Positions 33,163 through 44,519 of a DNA stretch of 64,000 bases are shown piece after piece. The position numbers and the translations under genes are program-made. How positions within the stretch are numbered: position 1 is the first letter of the stretch; each line of letters opens with the position of its first letter. The DNA comes from a bacterium (GTDB taxonomy: Bacteria > SAR324 > NAC60-12): the NCBI GenBank assembly GCA_965205865.1, contig CBDBHR010000029.1, positions 1 through 64,000 on the forward strand, in the 5' to 3' direction. The notes beneath the pieces are model-generated. The model worked only from the letters and a program-made list of their open reading frames with translations. It made no database searches and was not told the origin of the DNA.

Positions 33163-35005
33163 GATCCTAGCCGAAAAGGTATTTTAAGGTATTTTTTAGA
33201 ATTATATCTTTAAACTTGAGGTTAAAAAGTGCCATAATTCATTGAAATAACTGTGAATAACTTCAATATTAAGAATTATGGCACCCAAAATGAAACCATT
33301 CATTCGAGCAGAAAAACATCTTATTTTAAGCGCTCCTGATACAGAATTTGAAAATTTCTTATCAGAACTTGATCAATTGTCTGAGCGAGAGCCGGAGATA
33401 TTGGACAAAATTGAACAGGATTTGGAGAAATACGCAAGAAATAAAAAGAAAGAGCGTTTAGAGGATAAACGATGGCAGGAAGCCCGGAATCCATGGCTTC
33501 CTCATCTTCCCGTGGAAGATGAGGAATTGAAGCCGGAAGAACTGAGGCTGGAAATAGGGTGTCCTCGGATGTCGGCTTTTTTAGTCTACCTTTTTATGAT
33601 GATTCGGGGATATTTAGGAAGTATCAAATCCCAAACGGCCCAAATATTTCTTTCAGAGTCAATCACACTGCATCTGCTTCTGCTCAACCGTGGATTGAAA
33701 ATGCCGGGAGCGAGTACAATCCTTGATAATGTCAATGCTGTCAGCAACGAGACCAGACAGTTTATTTTCGATGCTCAAATTCGAATGGTTCTCGATGAAG
33801 AGTTGGACGATTTTGATATTTTAAAACTGGATAGCACCTCTGTAAAAGGAAATACAGCTTGGCCTACTGATTCGTCGATATTGACTCGTCTCGTGGAGCG
33901 AAGCTACCATCGAGGGCGTTCCCTTGATACATTTGGAATCGCTGAGATCAGTGAAAGAAATTTTGATTTCCTCATCAAGGAGATGAATAAGCTCTCTAAG
34001 ATGATGGCTTTTGAGACAGGTAAAAAGGACAGTAAAACGAAGCGAAAAAAACATTACAAAACCCTATTGAAGAAAGCTCAAAGCGCTCATGGGAAATTTT
34101 TAAAAGAAATGGCAAAGGTGGATATCCGTGCCCAAAAAGCTCTTCTCCCCCCTTCTCGGAAAACGCGTTTGATTCGCCTCATTGAAATGATGAATGAAGA
34201 TATTTCTAATTTGCAACGGGTAATCATCTACTGTCATCAAAGAGTTTTTGAAGAAAAGAAGGTTCCTTCTACTGAGAAAGTATTGAGTCTTTCCGATCAG
34301 AGCTCGGCTTATATTCAAAAGGGAGATCGAGAAGCGCTTATCGGATATAAGCCTCAATTAGGAAGGAGCGGAAATGGTTTTATTTCCGTGTTAATTACTC
34401 CGGAGGGCAATGCTGCTGATTCAGGGCAACTCGACCCTGCCCTTGTTGAACATTTGCGATGCACCATCACCATTCCCTCTGAAGTGAGCCTTGATGATGG
34501 ATATGCCAATCAGGCGATCAGAGAAAAGTGGATGGGCAAAGGCGTTAAGGTTTTTAGTATTAGTGGGGCAAAGGGAAAAAAGATGACCCCGATTGAAGAA
34601 TGGGAAAGTGAAATCTATTTGGAATCACGAAATGGAAGATCTGCTGCAGAGTCGTTGATGTTTCATCTTAAGCATCGTTTCCATTTCGGACAAGTTATGC
34701 GCAGAGGGATTGAAAACGTTCGGGCAGAGTTGCTGGAAAAAGCATTAACCTATAATTTTTGCAAAATGATTGAGTTGAAAAAAAGACAACTCAAACAAGC
34801 GGCCTGAATATTCAATGGGGGAGTGTGAAATATGAGCAGGGGCGAGGAAAGTATGTCCAAAAAAGATTTTTTCCCTATAAAAACTGTGCTGTGGGCGAAT
34901 AAAAAACAAAAAAATCGTTTTCTCGTCATATTGAATCAAATAGAGAATCCAATAGAATCAAATTGGTTACATTTACTATTTTCGAAACCCTTTTCGGCTA
35001 GGGTC
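33163..35005 (+). mobile_element. Intact DDE insertion sequence (IS5/ISNCY-like), copy 2
   Basis: Same TIR as copy 1. Matching 6-bp target duplication CAGCTA at 33157-33162 and 35006-35011. Confidence 0.94.
33278..34807 (+). CDS. DDE transposase, 509 aa
   Basis: Identical to 8425-9954 except one residue (NET vs NES). Confidence 0.9.
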   Translation: MAPKMKPFIRAEKHLILSAPDTEFENFLSELDQLSEREPEILDKIEQDLEKYARNKKKERLEDKRWQEARNPWLPHLPVEDEELKPEELRLEIGCPRMSAFLVYLFMMIRGYLGSIKSQTAQIFLSESITLHLLLLNRGLKMPGASTILDNVNAVSNETRQFIFDAQIRMVLDEELDDFDILKLDSTSVKGNTAWPTDSSILTRLVERSYHRGRSLDTFGIAEISERNFDFLIKEMNKLSKMMAFETGKKDSKTKRKKHYKTLLKKAQSAHGKFLKEMAKVDIRAQKALLPPSRKTRLIRLIEMMNEDISNLQRVIIYCHQRVFEEKKVPSTEKVLSLSDQSSAYIQKGDREALIGYKPQLGRSGNGFISVLITPEGNAADSGQLDPALVEHLRCTITIPSEVSLDDGYANQAIREKWMGKGVKVFSISGAKGKKMTPIEEWESEIYLESRNGRSAAESLMFHLKHRFHFGQVMRRGIENVRAELLEKALTYNFCKMIELKKRQLKQAA

Positions 35006-35481
35006 CAGCTAGTTGGTCGGCGTTGAAAAAGCTGTTGAGTCCCTTCAAAGCGCTCGATTTCGAAGCGGCCTATGAAGCGGTTTATTTCGGTTACTGGCTT
35101 TATCGTCATTTAAGCCAGTGGGGAGTTTGCTGTCGTGTCACTCCACCGAGTTTGATTCCTCTAGCTTCGGGCAATCGTGTCAAAACCGACCGTAAAGATA
35201 GCAAGAAATTGGCATTTTATCTCACCCGCGGAATGCTCAAAAGCATCTTTGTTCCCAGTGAAGAAGGACTGATGCAACGCAAACTGATTCGCCATCGACG
35301 TCAACTGCTCAACGATCGCAACCGTGTTCAAAATCGCATCAAATCCGACTTGAACAGGAACAGGGGTCAGGCTTCGGTATTTCGCTAAATGGAAGCATAA
35401 TTGAAAATTCAAAAACGAAATAGCGAAGCCTGACCCCGTTTCTTGCCAGCTTTCCTCCGATTCGCTTTTGGCAGTATTCAA

Positions 35482-36323
35482 CAAGCTTCCATAGCCATAC
35501 CACGATTTATACCCAATCTAGGCCAGCAGTTCTTCTGAGGCTTCTTCCAACACCTCCGGGGAAGTGCCCAGTAATAAATTCTCTTGTTGTCGAAATTGCG
35601 GGGCACAGAAGTTGGTGGTCAGGCCGATGCGAGTCTGATCGCTACGGTTGGCACCGGTGGAGTGCCAGGTGCTTCCTTCAAAAATCATGACGGATCTTGC
35701 GGGAGCTTCCACCGGAATCCAATTGGCCTCTGAATAGAGTTCCGGGTCCGGTTGACGGCCGGAAAGATGGCTTTCAGGCACGACAATCGTGGCTCCATTG
35801 TCGTCCCGAAAATCGTCCAGCATCCACATCGCATTGCAGGCACAGGCGGGGGCTATGGCAGGCAGGTTCATGGTGGCCTCTGCCCCATGATGCCCAAAAT
35901 GACCTTCACGCGTCATGGAACCGGGTTTCATCAGCGTCTCTTTCCGGTCATTGGTCGGGGGGGCATCCACCACTGATCGGTGTGAAATGCCTTCGTGCCT
36001 CCAGGGAGAGCCATATGGCCGACATAGGAGGAGAGCAAATAGACGGAACACAGCACATGACCGACCAGTTCTCGTAAGCCGGGGTGGAACATCAAGTCAC
36101 GAATCCCTTGCCCTTTGTTGATTAAAAAAAGGACGAGTTACTTCTTGTCCTCCGTCAGCCTGGCGATTCCCCGCTGTGCTTCCGTTTCTGCTTGTTCCAG
36201 CAGTCGTGCGCGCAAGGCAGCGGCCTCCTCCGGGCTGATGGCATTGGCCAAAATGCAGTAGCCAAACTTACCCATCTGCGCTTTGGCCTCTGTGAAATCC
36301 GTAGGGGGGTTGAGGTAAACCAT
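35482..36323 (-). pseudogene. PhyH-family pseudogene (mirror of 6909-7750)
   Basis: Mirror copy with one extra TAG at 35518-35520. Confidence 0.85.
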
Positions 36324-36754
36324 AACTTGAGTGGTTTAACTTTGTCATAAGATTTTTTCCTGAAAAATTGATATTAGGCCCCATACTGTTCATTGTTGGG
36401 CTGTTGTCTCCACATAAAAAAAGGGGGCTTGTCTTCAAGTTTTTTTGTTATTTCGCATATACCTCAATTTAAAAGGTTTTTTTTCGCTGCCATCGGCAGC
36501 GCTAGCATTATTGCTGTTCACAATTGAATAAACCGATGAGGGTGACTTCCTCGATACGATTGCTAATGGAATTAGGAGAAAGTCCATCCATCATGGCCAT
36601 GTTCGTCCCGTGTTTGCCGGAGGCATATTCGGTCTGAATACGCACCTCATTGGACGCCAACAGGTGATCTTCGTATTCCAACACGGCTACCCCGTGTCCT
36701 TTGGTAAAAGCAACTTTTCGGGGCATAAGGTCTACTTATAGCGGTCATATTTGC

Positions 36755-37510
36755 TTACACCTGACTCGATGCGTTGGCCTTGGCTCTTTCAGCAGCAATG
36801 ACCTGCTGCATTCCCTCCCAGGCCTCCCAGGGGTGGCAGAGCAAGTGCTTTGAGCGCTCCCACGGATCCACCCCTTCCGGATACTCCAGCCACTCACCGT
36901 GGAATCCACGGTCCGGGTGGTCGCTATGGCCGTGGAAGTCCACCACCATCGACGGTTGATGGGATTTGGCGCGAAGGCGGAAAAGCACGATCATGCGGCT
37001 CTCGGCGCCCAACTCGTTGCGAGTACCGCTATGTGGCATGTGGGACGTGACGATTGCGGCATCGCCTTCTTCCATCAGAAGCTGCGTCGGTTTGGGCCAC
37101 CGCTTGCCGTCGGGCGTACATTCCGAGGTCTCGTCCGTCAGCGCGTCATACATGTAGTCCGGCATTAACTTCATGCCGCAGCGGTTAGGCGAGGTATAAT
37201 CGAACCGGGGCCAGCCGGGTCCCTCTTGCCCAAGGCGCTCCCCGTCAGCACGTTGCCTGTTGAAGAACCGCTCAGCGACGTGGTGCCCCCCTGGGAGTAT
37301 CGCGGTCTGTCCACAACCCTCTCGTGTCTGGTCATTGAGGCAGACAAAGATGAAGGCGGTGAAGCTGCCGATTCCCAGGGTCATCTCCGGATCCATGAAG
37401 AGCGGATCGTAGTTGGTGCCCGTCAACTCCTTGGAAACAGCGTCCTTTAGGATGAGGTAGCCCTCTCGGTACAACTGTTGCTACTGTTCGATTGAGAGAA
37501 TTTCGGTCAT
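36755..37510 (-). pseudogene. PhyH-like pseudogene (mirror of 5722-6477)
   Basis: Mirror copy. Confidence 0.7.
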
Positions 37511-37761
37511 GGATTCTCTTTCCTCTTTTGCTTTTCAAAAAAGATTGGCTTTTTTAAGAATAACCTTACCACTCTGACCAGGTCAGACTCTATTGTCAAG
37601 CACTTTAACTTGCTGTAGATTTTCAGATTTTGCTATAAATCCTCAAGCAATCATTCTCTCTGATGATGCTCTTGCGAGTTTCCTCTTCTGTTAATACTCC
37701 ATGAACTGTTGATGAAGACTTTGCCAAAGAGACGGCACAGCGGCCGCGACATTGAGCTGGA

Positions 37762-38841
37762 TCAGGCCTGCATTCGCTGCGCGGCAGCTTCGTTCAGATC
37801 GATGCCGAAGCCCGGCCGGTCGGTCAATATTATCTTGCCATCCTTGGGGACCACATGTTCCCCGTAGAGTTCCGCCACGTCTTCGAGCGGGCCCGAGAAT
37901 TCCGTCGAGAACTCGTGCGGGCGATTGGCGTTCAGCGTCGTTGCGTAGACGTGCAGCGATGCCATGGAGTTGATACCGGCCTGTGGGCTGTGCGGCATCA
38001 CAGGTTTGTCGATCGTGGTGGCGTAGTCGAAGATGCGCTTCACCTCTGACGGTCCGCCTGCGTTCAGGATGTCCGGCTGTAGGATGTCGGGATTACCCAG
38101 CGCAACGAGGTTCTGAAACCACCAGCGAAAGGCGTCCTGCTCGCCCGCGGATACGGCGACGTCGAGTGCGTCCGAGATTTCGCGCAGCCCCGGCAGATCC
38201 CAGTGAGGGATCGGTTCTTCAAAGTGGTCGATGCCGAGCGCCTCGAAGCGCCGGCCCTGCTGGATGGCGGTCGAAACCGAGTAGCCGTTGTTCGCGTCGA
38301 ACCCGAGGTAGATGGGGGGTTCGAGGAATTCACGCACCAGCTTGAACATCTGGTAGTCTTTCTCCGGGTCGATGTCCTGCCGCCAGCCACGCCAGTCCAT
38401 ACGGATTTTGAACGACCGGTAGCCGGTATCCCAGCCTTCGCGCACCTTCTCCAGCATTTCTTCGGGCTGCATCTTCCACCCCGATCCGGTCGACCAGTAA
38501 AGCGGGATCTCCTTTCGCGTCGCGCCGCCCATGAGCGTGAAAACGGGTTGCCCGGTCTCCTTGCCGAGCAGATCCCAGAGCGCTACGTCGACGCTGCCGA
38601 CCACCGCGCCCGGCAGTTTGTGGAAGCCTTCGCCGCGCCCCAGTGCGAGCGTGTCCCAATGGCGGCCGATGTCGAGCGGATTCTCGCCGACCAGCGCCGG
38701 TTTGATTACGGCTTCGAGATAGGCCGCGAAGACGTGCCGGCCATTCGCCTCCGCCCAGCCTTCGACGCCGGCGTCGGTCTGAATGCGCAGGAGGTTCTTG
38801 CCGGTCTTCAGTGCGGTGAGTGTGATGTCCGTTATTTTCAT
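37762..38841 (-). CDS. Mandelate racemase/MLE family protein (mirror of 4391-5470)
   Basis: Identical translation. Confidence 0.92.
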   Translation of the reverse strand: MKITDITLTALKTGKNLLRIQTDAGVEGWAEANGRHVFAAYLEAVIKPALVGENPLDIGRHWDTLALGRGEGFHKLPGAVVGSVDVALWDLLGKETGQPVFTLMGGATRKEIPLYWSTGSGWKMQPEEMLEKVREGWDTGYRSFKIRMDWRGWRQDIDPEKDYQMFKLVREFLEPPIYLGFDANNGYSVSTAIQQGRRFEALGIDHFEEPIPHWDLPGLREISDALDVAVSAGEQDAFRWWFQNLVALGNPDILQPDILNAGGPSEVKRIFDYATTIDKPVMPHSPQAGINSMASLHVYATTLNANRPHEFSTEFSGPLEDVAELYGEHVVPKDGKIILTDRPGFGIDLNEAAAQRMQA

Positions 38842-38955
38842 TGTCTGCTCCTTCCTCGTTGTCTTTTGTTAGAGATGACTTCGTATTCCAAATGATGCTT
38901 ATTGTTTGCCATGGTCTTCGAATTTGGCTGTCACTGTTTCCATCCTTTTTGCTCC

Positions 38956-40195
38956 TTATTTTGTCAAATCCAACACACTGCGGGCCACTTCACCCTTACC
39001 CAGGGCGTCGAAGGCCTCATTGACCTCTTCCAGGGATAGACGCGTGACACCAACTCATCGAGCTTGAGCTTGCCCGCTTTGTAAAGATTGAGCGTAACTA
39101 TTCAGGTGCGAAAACACTGGGCTAGAGGTCGACAGAACCTCTATATTGCGTCAAAATACCTCAAAAGTGGATGATTTAGTGCGCATTTTCAAAGGGAAAT
39201 GCCCGCAAGCCCAGGAAACCCGCACCTGAATAGTTACGATTGAGCAAGCGGGGAAAATCAATCCGGGGGCGACCTGTCCCATACATCGAGCCAATGACGG
39301 TCTTTTCTAAAAACAGATCCCGGGCGTCAAGATCGACCGGCGTGTTCACAGGCGCATGGCCGACATAAACGGTAACCCCTCGCCTGCGGGTACAAAGGAT
39401 GGACTGCTTGAAGGGATCACTGACCAACCCGATCGCTTCAAACGCATAATGGACCCCTTGCCCATTCGTCAATTCCCGGATTGCCTCGACCGGATCGCCT
39501 TGGGAGGCATTGACGGTGTGCGTGGCCCCGAATTGTTTGCCCAGTTCGAGTTTGTTGTCCATGAGATCCACCGCGATAATGGGCTCTGCCCCGGCAATTG
39601 CCGCCCCTTGAATCACGTTCAATCCCACGCCCCCACAACCAAAAACGGCTACGGATTTGCCGGCCTGGACATTAGCCGTGTTTAAAGCGGCACCCACTCC
39701 GGTTATTACCCCACAGCCGACCAGGGCTGCCTTTTGGAGCGGAATGTCCTTATCGATGGGGATGGCCATATCCTTGGGGACAATGGTTTCAGTACTAAAG
39801 GTCCCCAGCCCTGTCATCTTGTCCATGGTGCGGTCGCTCTCCGGAAATTGGGGCAATCCTCGCGTATCGGGTTGCATTTCGCAAAGATTGGGATAGCCGA
39901 CTTGGCACATCTCGCAGAGCCCACAGTTGCGCTTCCACGAAAGAATCACATGGTCGCCTTTCTTGACCGAGTGTGCCGCCGAGCCCACTTCCTCGACTAT
40001 GCCAGCCCCTTCGTGACCTAAGATCGCTGGAATGGGAATGATACCAAGCCACTCTCCCTTGACGACATGCCAGTCGGAATGACACACGCCACTCGCGATG
40101 AGCTGGACGCGAACTTGATCGGGTTCAATGTCAGGCAAGTCAAACTGCTCGATTGTTAAGGGGGTATTGACGTCATAAAGTACTGCTGCTTTCAT
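38956..40195 (-). pseudogene. Zn-ADH disrupted by MITE B at 39093-39238 (mirror of 3037-4276)
   Basis: Mirror copy with the same lesions. Confidence 0.9.
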
Positions 40196-40316
40196 GGATC
40201 TTCTCCTTTTAAAAAAATAAGCTAGTAATCGACAACCATTTTGGCAGTGTTTGAGAAGAGCTTTTTTGCTCTTTCCTTTGTATTCTGAGTCTCTCAAACA
40301 ACATTCCGCCGGCCTC

Positions 40317-41144
40317 TTATTCCTGTTCCAGACGCCGAAGCCGCTTCAAGCCCTTCCCCTCGAAGTCCTTCAGCACGCGTTGGAACCGGTCGGCAAAGGC
40401 CTCGCTCCAGTCTTGGGTGTGGATGTACGCGGCGTTGTCGCGAATGCCCGACACGACCATCTCGCCGACCGGTTCCGGTTGCAGTCCCCAGCGAATGTCT
40501 TCCCACACGACTTGGGACTTGCTGCCTGCCTGATCACCGGAGTCGCGCAGTCGGTCGGAGTCCGCCAGGTTGGTAACGGTGTCCCCGGGGCACAAGGTCG
40601 AGACCCCGATTCCATCGGGTTCGAGGTCGGCACGCAATGCTTCGCTGTACGCGACGACCCCGAACTTGCTGGCGCTATAGGCGACGGAGCCGGCGCCGCG
40701 CAGGAAGCCCCCGATCGAGGCCGTGTTCACGATGTGTCCCCCTCGGTTCTGCTCACGCAGGAGCCGGTCGAAGCACTGCCCGACCCGGAAGACCCCGTCG
40801 AGGTTCACTGACATGACGAAGCGCCAATCGTCCTCGGTAGTGTCGCGCATCTAGCCGCCCAGCAAGACCCCGGCGTTGTTGCGCACGATGTCGACGCCGC
40901 CCATCTCCCGTACCGCCGTCTCGGCGAGCGCCGCGACGGAATCCGTCTTCCTGACCTCGACGTGAACGGGAATCCCCCGAACTCCCTTGCCCGTCACCTC
41001 TTCCGCGACTCGCACCGCGTTGTCGAGGTCGATGTCCGCGACGATCATTTTTGCGCCCGCATCGGCGAGTGCCAGGCAGATGCCGCGTCCAATCCCGCAG
41101 CCCCCGCCCGTCACGAGACCGACCTTTCCTTCAAAACTGTCCAT
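40317..41144 (-). pseudogene. SDR with internal TAG (mirror of 2088-2915)
   Basis: Mirror copy. Confidence 0.9.
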
Positions 41145-41342
41145 AATCTCTGCCCTCCATGTCAGCTTTTTATGAATTTTTACCCTTTTTCTCTACTCGA
41201 TGCATTGGCCTGGACTCTTTCAGCAGCAACGACCTGCTGCATTCCCTCCCAGACCTCCCAGGGGTGGCAGAGCAAGTACTTTGAGCGCTCCCAATACATG
41301 AGCATTCCTGATTCGATAAATGCAGTGTTTTGTCAGCTGTTT

Positions 41343-41819
41343 TTAAACCTCAATTTGCTGAGGAAAACCTGGTACTAACTTAGATTGTTCTAATTCCCCT
41401 TGAGAATCAAAAAATTTTGTTATTCCTTGTTCATCAGAAATCCATACCTCATTTGCACCCTGTTCTAGGTATAAGAATTTTTTTCCTCTCATTTCTTCTT
41501 GTGTATTTGTTGGTGATACGACTTCAATACAAATTTCTGGGGCAATTGAAGCTTCTGCTTCATGCTTTATTTTTTCCCACAATTTTTGAGAACACCAAAC
41601 GACATCTGCGACTTTCGTCCCTTTTGAAGTAGAAATTGCGCATTCAGGGAAAATTTTTCCTTGGTTCAATAAATGTTTCAAAATAATTATAATTTCCCCT
41701 TGTATAGCTGAGTGGAATAATCGTGCAGGACTCATAAGAATCTGTCCCCTTTCATTTAACTCGATCTTGTACGGTAAATCTTTTAAATTTGGATCTTCAC
41801 AAACTTGTTGCCAATTCAT
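41343..41819 (-). CDS. Uma2-family putative endonuclease (mirror of 1413-1889)
   Basis: Identical translation. Confidence 0.88.
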   Translation of the reverse strand: MNWQQVCEDPNLKDLPYKIELNERGQILMSPARLFHSAIQGEIIIILKHLLNQGKIFPECAISTSKGTKVADVVWCSQKLWEKIKHEAEASIAPEICIEVVSPTNTQEEMRGKKFLYLEQGANEVWISDEQGITKFFDSQGELEQSKLVPGFPQQIEV

Positions 41820-42067
41820 AGGACCTCTCTATTTAGAGTTTTTAATTTTCCTTTTATCATATCATTAAATGGCTGGACTATGAACATTTTAATCTACTTT
41901 TAAACGAATCGGAAGGAAGAGATTGAGACAAAACTCTTTTTTTCTCAAGGGGCTTTTCGTGATCGTACTCGGGAGACGTGCTCGTGCTCGTGAACGAAAC
42001 GGCATCCCAGAGAACCCTGGCTTCCATGCCTTCTCTTCTAAAGGAGTCAGAAGAATTCATTTATAGT

Positions 42068-42276
42068 TAGTGCTTGGCAGAAAAATACTCAAATTGCTGA
42101 TATTAAATGACATTTCATCAATTTCACAGGATGAAGATTTGTTTGATACAGTGTTCAGATGGCCAAAATCAGCAAAAAATGGGATTTTTGATGAGTTTCC
42201 CCAAAATCTTCGTTTCTTGAAAATAGGTGAATACCATTAAATATCATGAAGTTATCTAATTTTCGGCCAAGCATTA
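42068..42276. mobile_element. MITE family A (mirror copy)
   Basis: TAGTGCTTGGC...GGCCAAGCATTA ends. Confidence 0.8.
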
Positions 42277-42293
42277 ATTAGAAAGGGATACAC

Positions 42294-42689
42294 ATGACTG
42301 ATTTCAAAGCAATCGCCTCCTCGCTCGAGGAACGGAGCTTCTGCGTTGTCCCGGAATTCCTGAGCCGTGAAGAGATCGACTTCCTCGAAGTCGAGGATGT
42401 CATGGAGACTCCGGAGGTTGGGCCCGGCGACTTGGTGCTGACGAGCCTCAACGCATTACACGCGACGCAGGTGACCGCGGATCGGCGCATTGCTGTTTCG
42501 TTACGCACCTGCGATCCGGAAACGCCGATCGACTGGCATCGGGTGGCCGGCAGTCCCACGCCTTTTATGATGGAGCAACTCGCGCGCCAGAACCCGTTGA
42601 GTTTCCCGGTTTTTCAACGCACCCAGGAAAACCACTTCGGCATCACTCTGGGGGAGATTGTGCCGACCCTGACTGGCGAGCGCGAGTAG
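42294..42689 (+). pseudogene. Probable PhyH-like remnant (mirror of 565-942)
   Basis: Mirror copy. Confidence 0.5.
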
Positions 42690-42717
42690 CCTAACACAAC
42701 GCAGAGGAGGGAATCTC

Positions 42718-43473
42718 ATAATTCAACTAAACGGACGGGTTGCAATCGTGACTGGAGGGGTCCAGAGGATCGGCCTGGGAGTGAGCCTGAGCCTGGCCCG
42801 TGCAGGCGCCAAGGTGATGCTGGCCGAGGTGGTGGAGGAGCGTATTCCGGCGGCCGTCGCCAAGATCGAAGCGGTAGGGGCGCTGGCGTTGGGTGTCCAC
42901 ACCGACGTGACCCAGGCGAGCTCGGTGGACCACATGGTGCGCGCGACGCTCGAACGGTTCGGGCGGATCGACATCTTGGTCAACAATGCTGGCATAGTCG
43001 TCAAGAAGCACATCTCGGAACATACCGAAGCCGAGTACGATGCGGTGCTCGGCGTCAATCTAAAGGGAACTTTCCTTTGCTGCAAGCAAGTGGTGGAGGA
43101 GATGCGCAAGCGCAACACGGGAACGATCGTGAACATCGCGTCAGGCGCCGCGTTTCTCTACACCATTCCCCACGTGCCCTATGCCGCCGCGAAGGCAGGC
43201 GTTGACGCGTTGACGAGTGATCTCGCCTGCGAGGTAGGGTCGATGGGCATCCGTGTGAACGCCATCGCCCCGGGGATGATCGAGCCGCCAGGTCAGCATA
43301 GCACCAATACCGACGAGGAAATAACGGAGATGACCAAGGCTATTTCCGCCGGGCGCATCGGCCAGCCGCGCGACATCGGCGATGCGGTGGCCTTTCTGGT
43401 CTCTGATGCGGCGGGATACATCTCTGGGGTCACGCTGCCGGTCATGGGTGGCGCTGGTCTCAAATCAGCGTAA
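42718..43473 (+). CDS. SDR (FabG-like) oxidoreductase with ATA in place of ATG start
   Basis: RBS GGAGG then ATA-IQLNGRVAIVTGG. NNAG, YAAAK and IRVNAIAPG motifs are intact. Confidence 0.8.
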   Translation: MIQLNGRVAIVTGGVQRIGLGVSLSLARAGAKVMLAEVVEERIPAAVAKIEAVGALALGVHTDVTQASSVDHMVRATLERFGRIDILVNNAGIVVKKHISEHTEAEYDAVLGVNLKGTFLCCKQVVEEMRKRNTGTIVNIASGAAFLYTIPHVPYAAAKAGVDALTSDLACEVGSMGIRVNAIAPGMIEPPGQHSTNTDEEITEMTKAISAGRIGQPRDIGDAVAFLVSDAAGYISGVTLPVMGGAGLKSA

Positions 43474-43581
43474 TACCTTAGTTCGCATGTCACTCACCGA
43501 CTATCCTTTCCTTTAATAAATGGCTGAAGCCATAGCGATCAGCGCGTGGCTAATATTTATCTATCTTGAGAGGTAACACTT

Positions 43582-44334
43582 ATGACACCGAATCAAATTG
43601 CTCAAGCAGCTGAAAAATTAGCAAAGGGGCGGCTGGAAAATGAGAGGATTGAACGCCTTTCCGGAGAATTTCGTCCCCAAGACCAAAAAACGGCAATCGC
43701 CATCCAGGACGAGTTGGCGAGACTCATTGGGCACAAGGTGGTTGGATGGAAAGTAGGCGGTGACTTTGTTGGGCGTGTTTTTCAACCAAATCATTTTAAA
43801 AATCTTGCAGCGCTGCCTGAGAAAAACTACGGTCATGCCATGCTTGAGGCCGAGTTGGGTTTCAGGTTGCTTTCTGATCTTCCGGCTCGATCTGCGGTTT
43901 ATGATTCCAATGAAGTCGCAGAACAGGTCGTGCTCGTGTCTGCATTCGAACTAGGGGATTCGCGTTTTTCGGGCGAAAAGATTGATCCGCGGATTGAAGC
44001 CGATTATCTTCTGGCGTATGCAGACAATTCCGGACAGCTTGGGGTCGTCGTCGGCGACGATATTAAGGACTGGCGGGAGAGGGCTCTGCTTGATATGAAA
44101 ATTGAACTAATGGTTGACGGGGGCTCTCCCGCTCCAGGTTTGCCTGACGAGATGCGACGTGAGCCTTTGGATGTTTTAGTTCGGCTAACCAATGATCTTT
44201 CTCAGAGAGGGATTGGTTTGGAAGCCGGTCAAGTAGTGGTCTGCGGAGCGGTTGCAATCGCGCCCATGGGTAAAGAAGCGATTGCGACTTTCGGGGAACT
44301 TACACGCATTGAAGCAAAGATAACCAACCCGTAA
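43582..44334 (+). CDS. 2-keto-4-pentenoate hydratase/FAH-superfamily protein
   Basis: AIQD, GWKVG, EAELGF, ELGDSRF, ADNS and GLEAGQVVVCG motifs. Confidence 0.85.
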   Translation: MTPNQIAQAAEKLAKGRLENERIERLSGEFRPQDQKTAIAIQDELARLIGHKVVGWKVGGDFVGRVFQPNHFKNLAALPEKNYGHAMLEAELGFRLLSDLPARSAVYDSNEVAEQVVLVSAFELGDSRFSGEKIDPRIEADYLLAYADNSGQLGVVVGDDIKDWRERALLDMKIELMVDGGSPAPGLPDEMRREPLDVLVRLTNDLSQRGIGLEAGQVVVCGAVAIAPMGKEAIATFGELTRIEAKITNP

Positions 44335-44519
44335 CCAATTCAAAAAATTGGCTTTTGTGAAGTTCAGGTCTTACCCTGCCGGTGACCCTACCTGCCGTGG
44401 TGGCTTTTCCCGAGTTGGTCTTGGGCTGCCCTCTACACTGGATTAGGTCGCTTGAGACCTGTCCCTTTTTAAGAAGTCTTATTATGTCCGATAATGCGCA
44501 ATCAAAAGGAGAGCAAGAG

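Larger units (their letters stand above)
33033..35362 (+). pseudogene. IS110-family transposase interrupted by an IS and 3'-truncated
   Basis: MKKDN...FVGIDVHKKS at 33033 rejoins in frame with SWSALKKLL...YEA...KTDRKDS once 33163-35011 is removed. Confidence 0.9.
33163..43235. repeat. Right arm of the inverted duplication
   Basis: Reverse complement of 1-10059 with a handful of SNPs and small indels. Confidence 0.97.

Noticed and set aside
42687-42720. attC site after a stop codon (TAGCCTAAC)
   Set aside because: Only an R''-like core is present, with no complementary L boxes or GTT partner.
44350-44470. Possible structured RNA or mobile-element end between the two hydratase genes
   Set aside because: There is a short GGGTAAGACCT match to the intron 5' region, but too little evidence to call.
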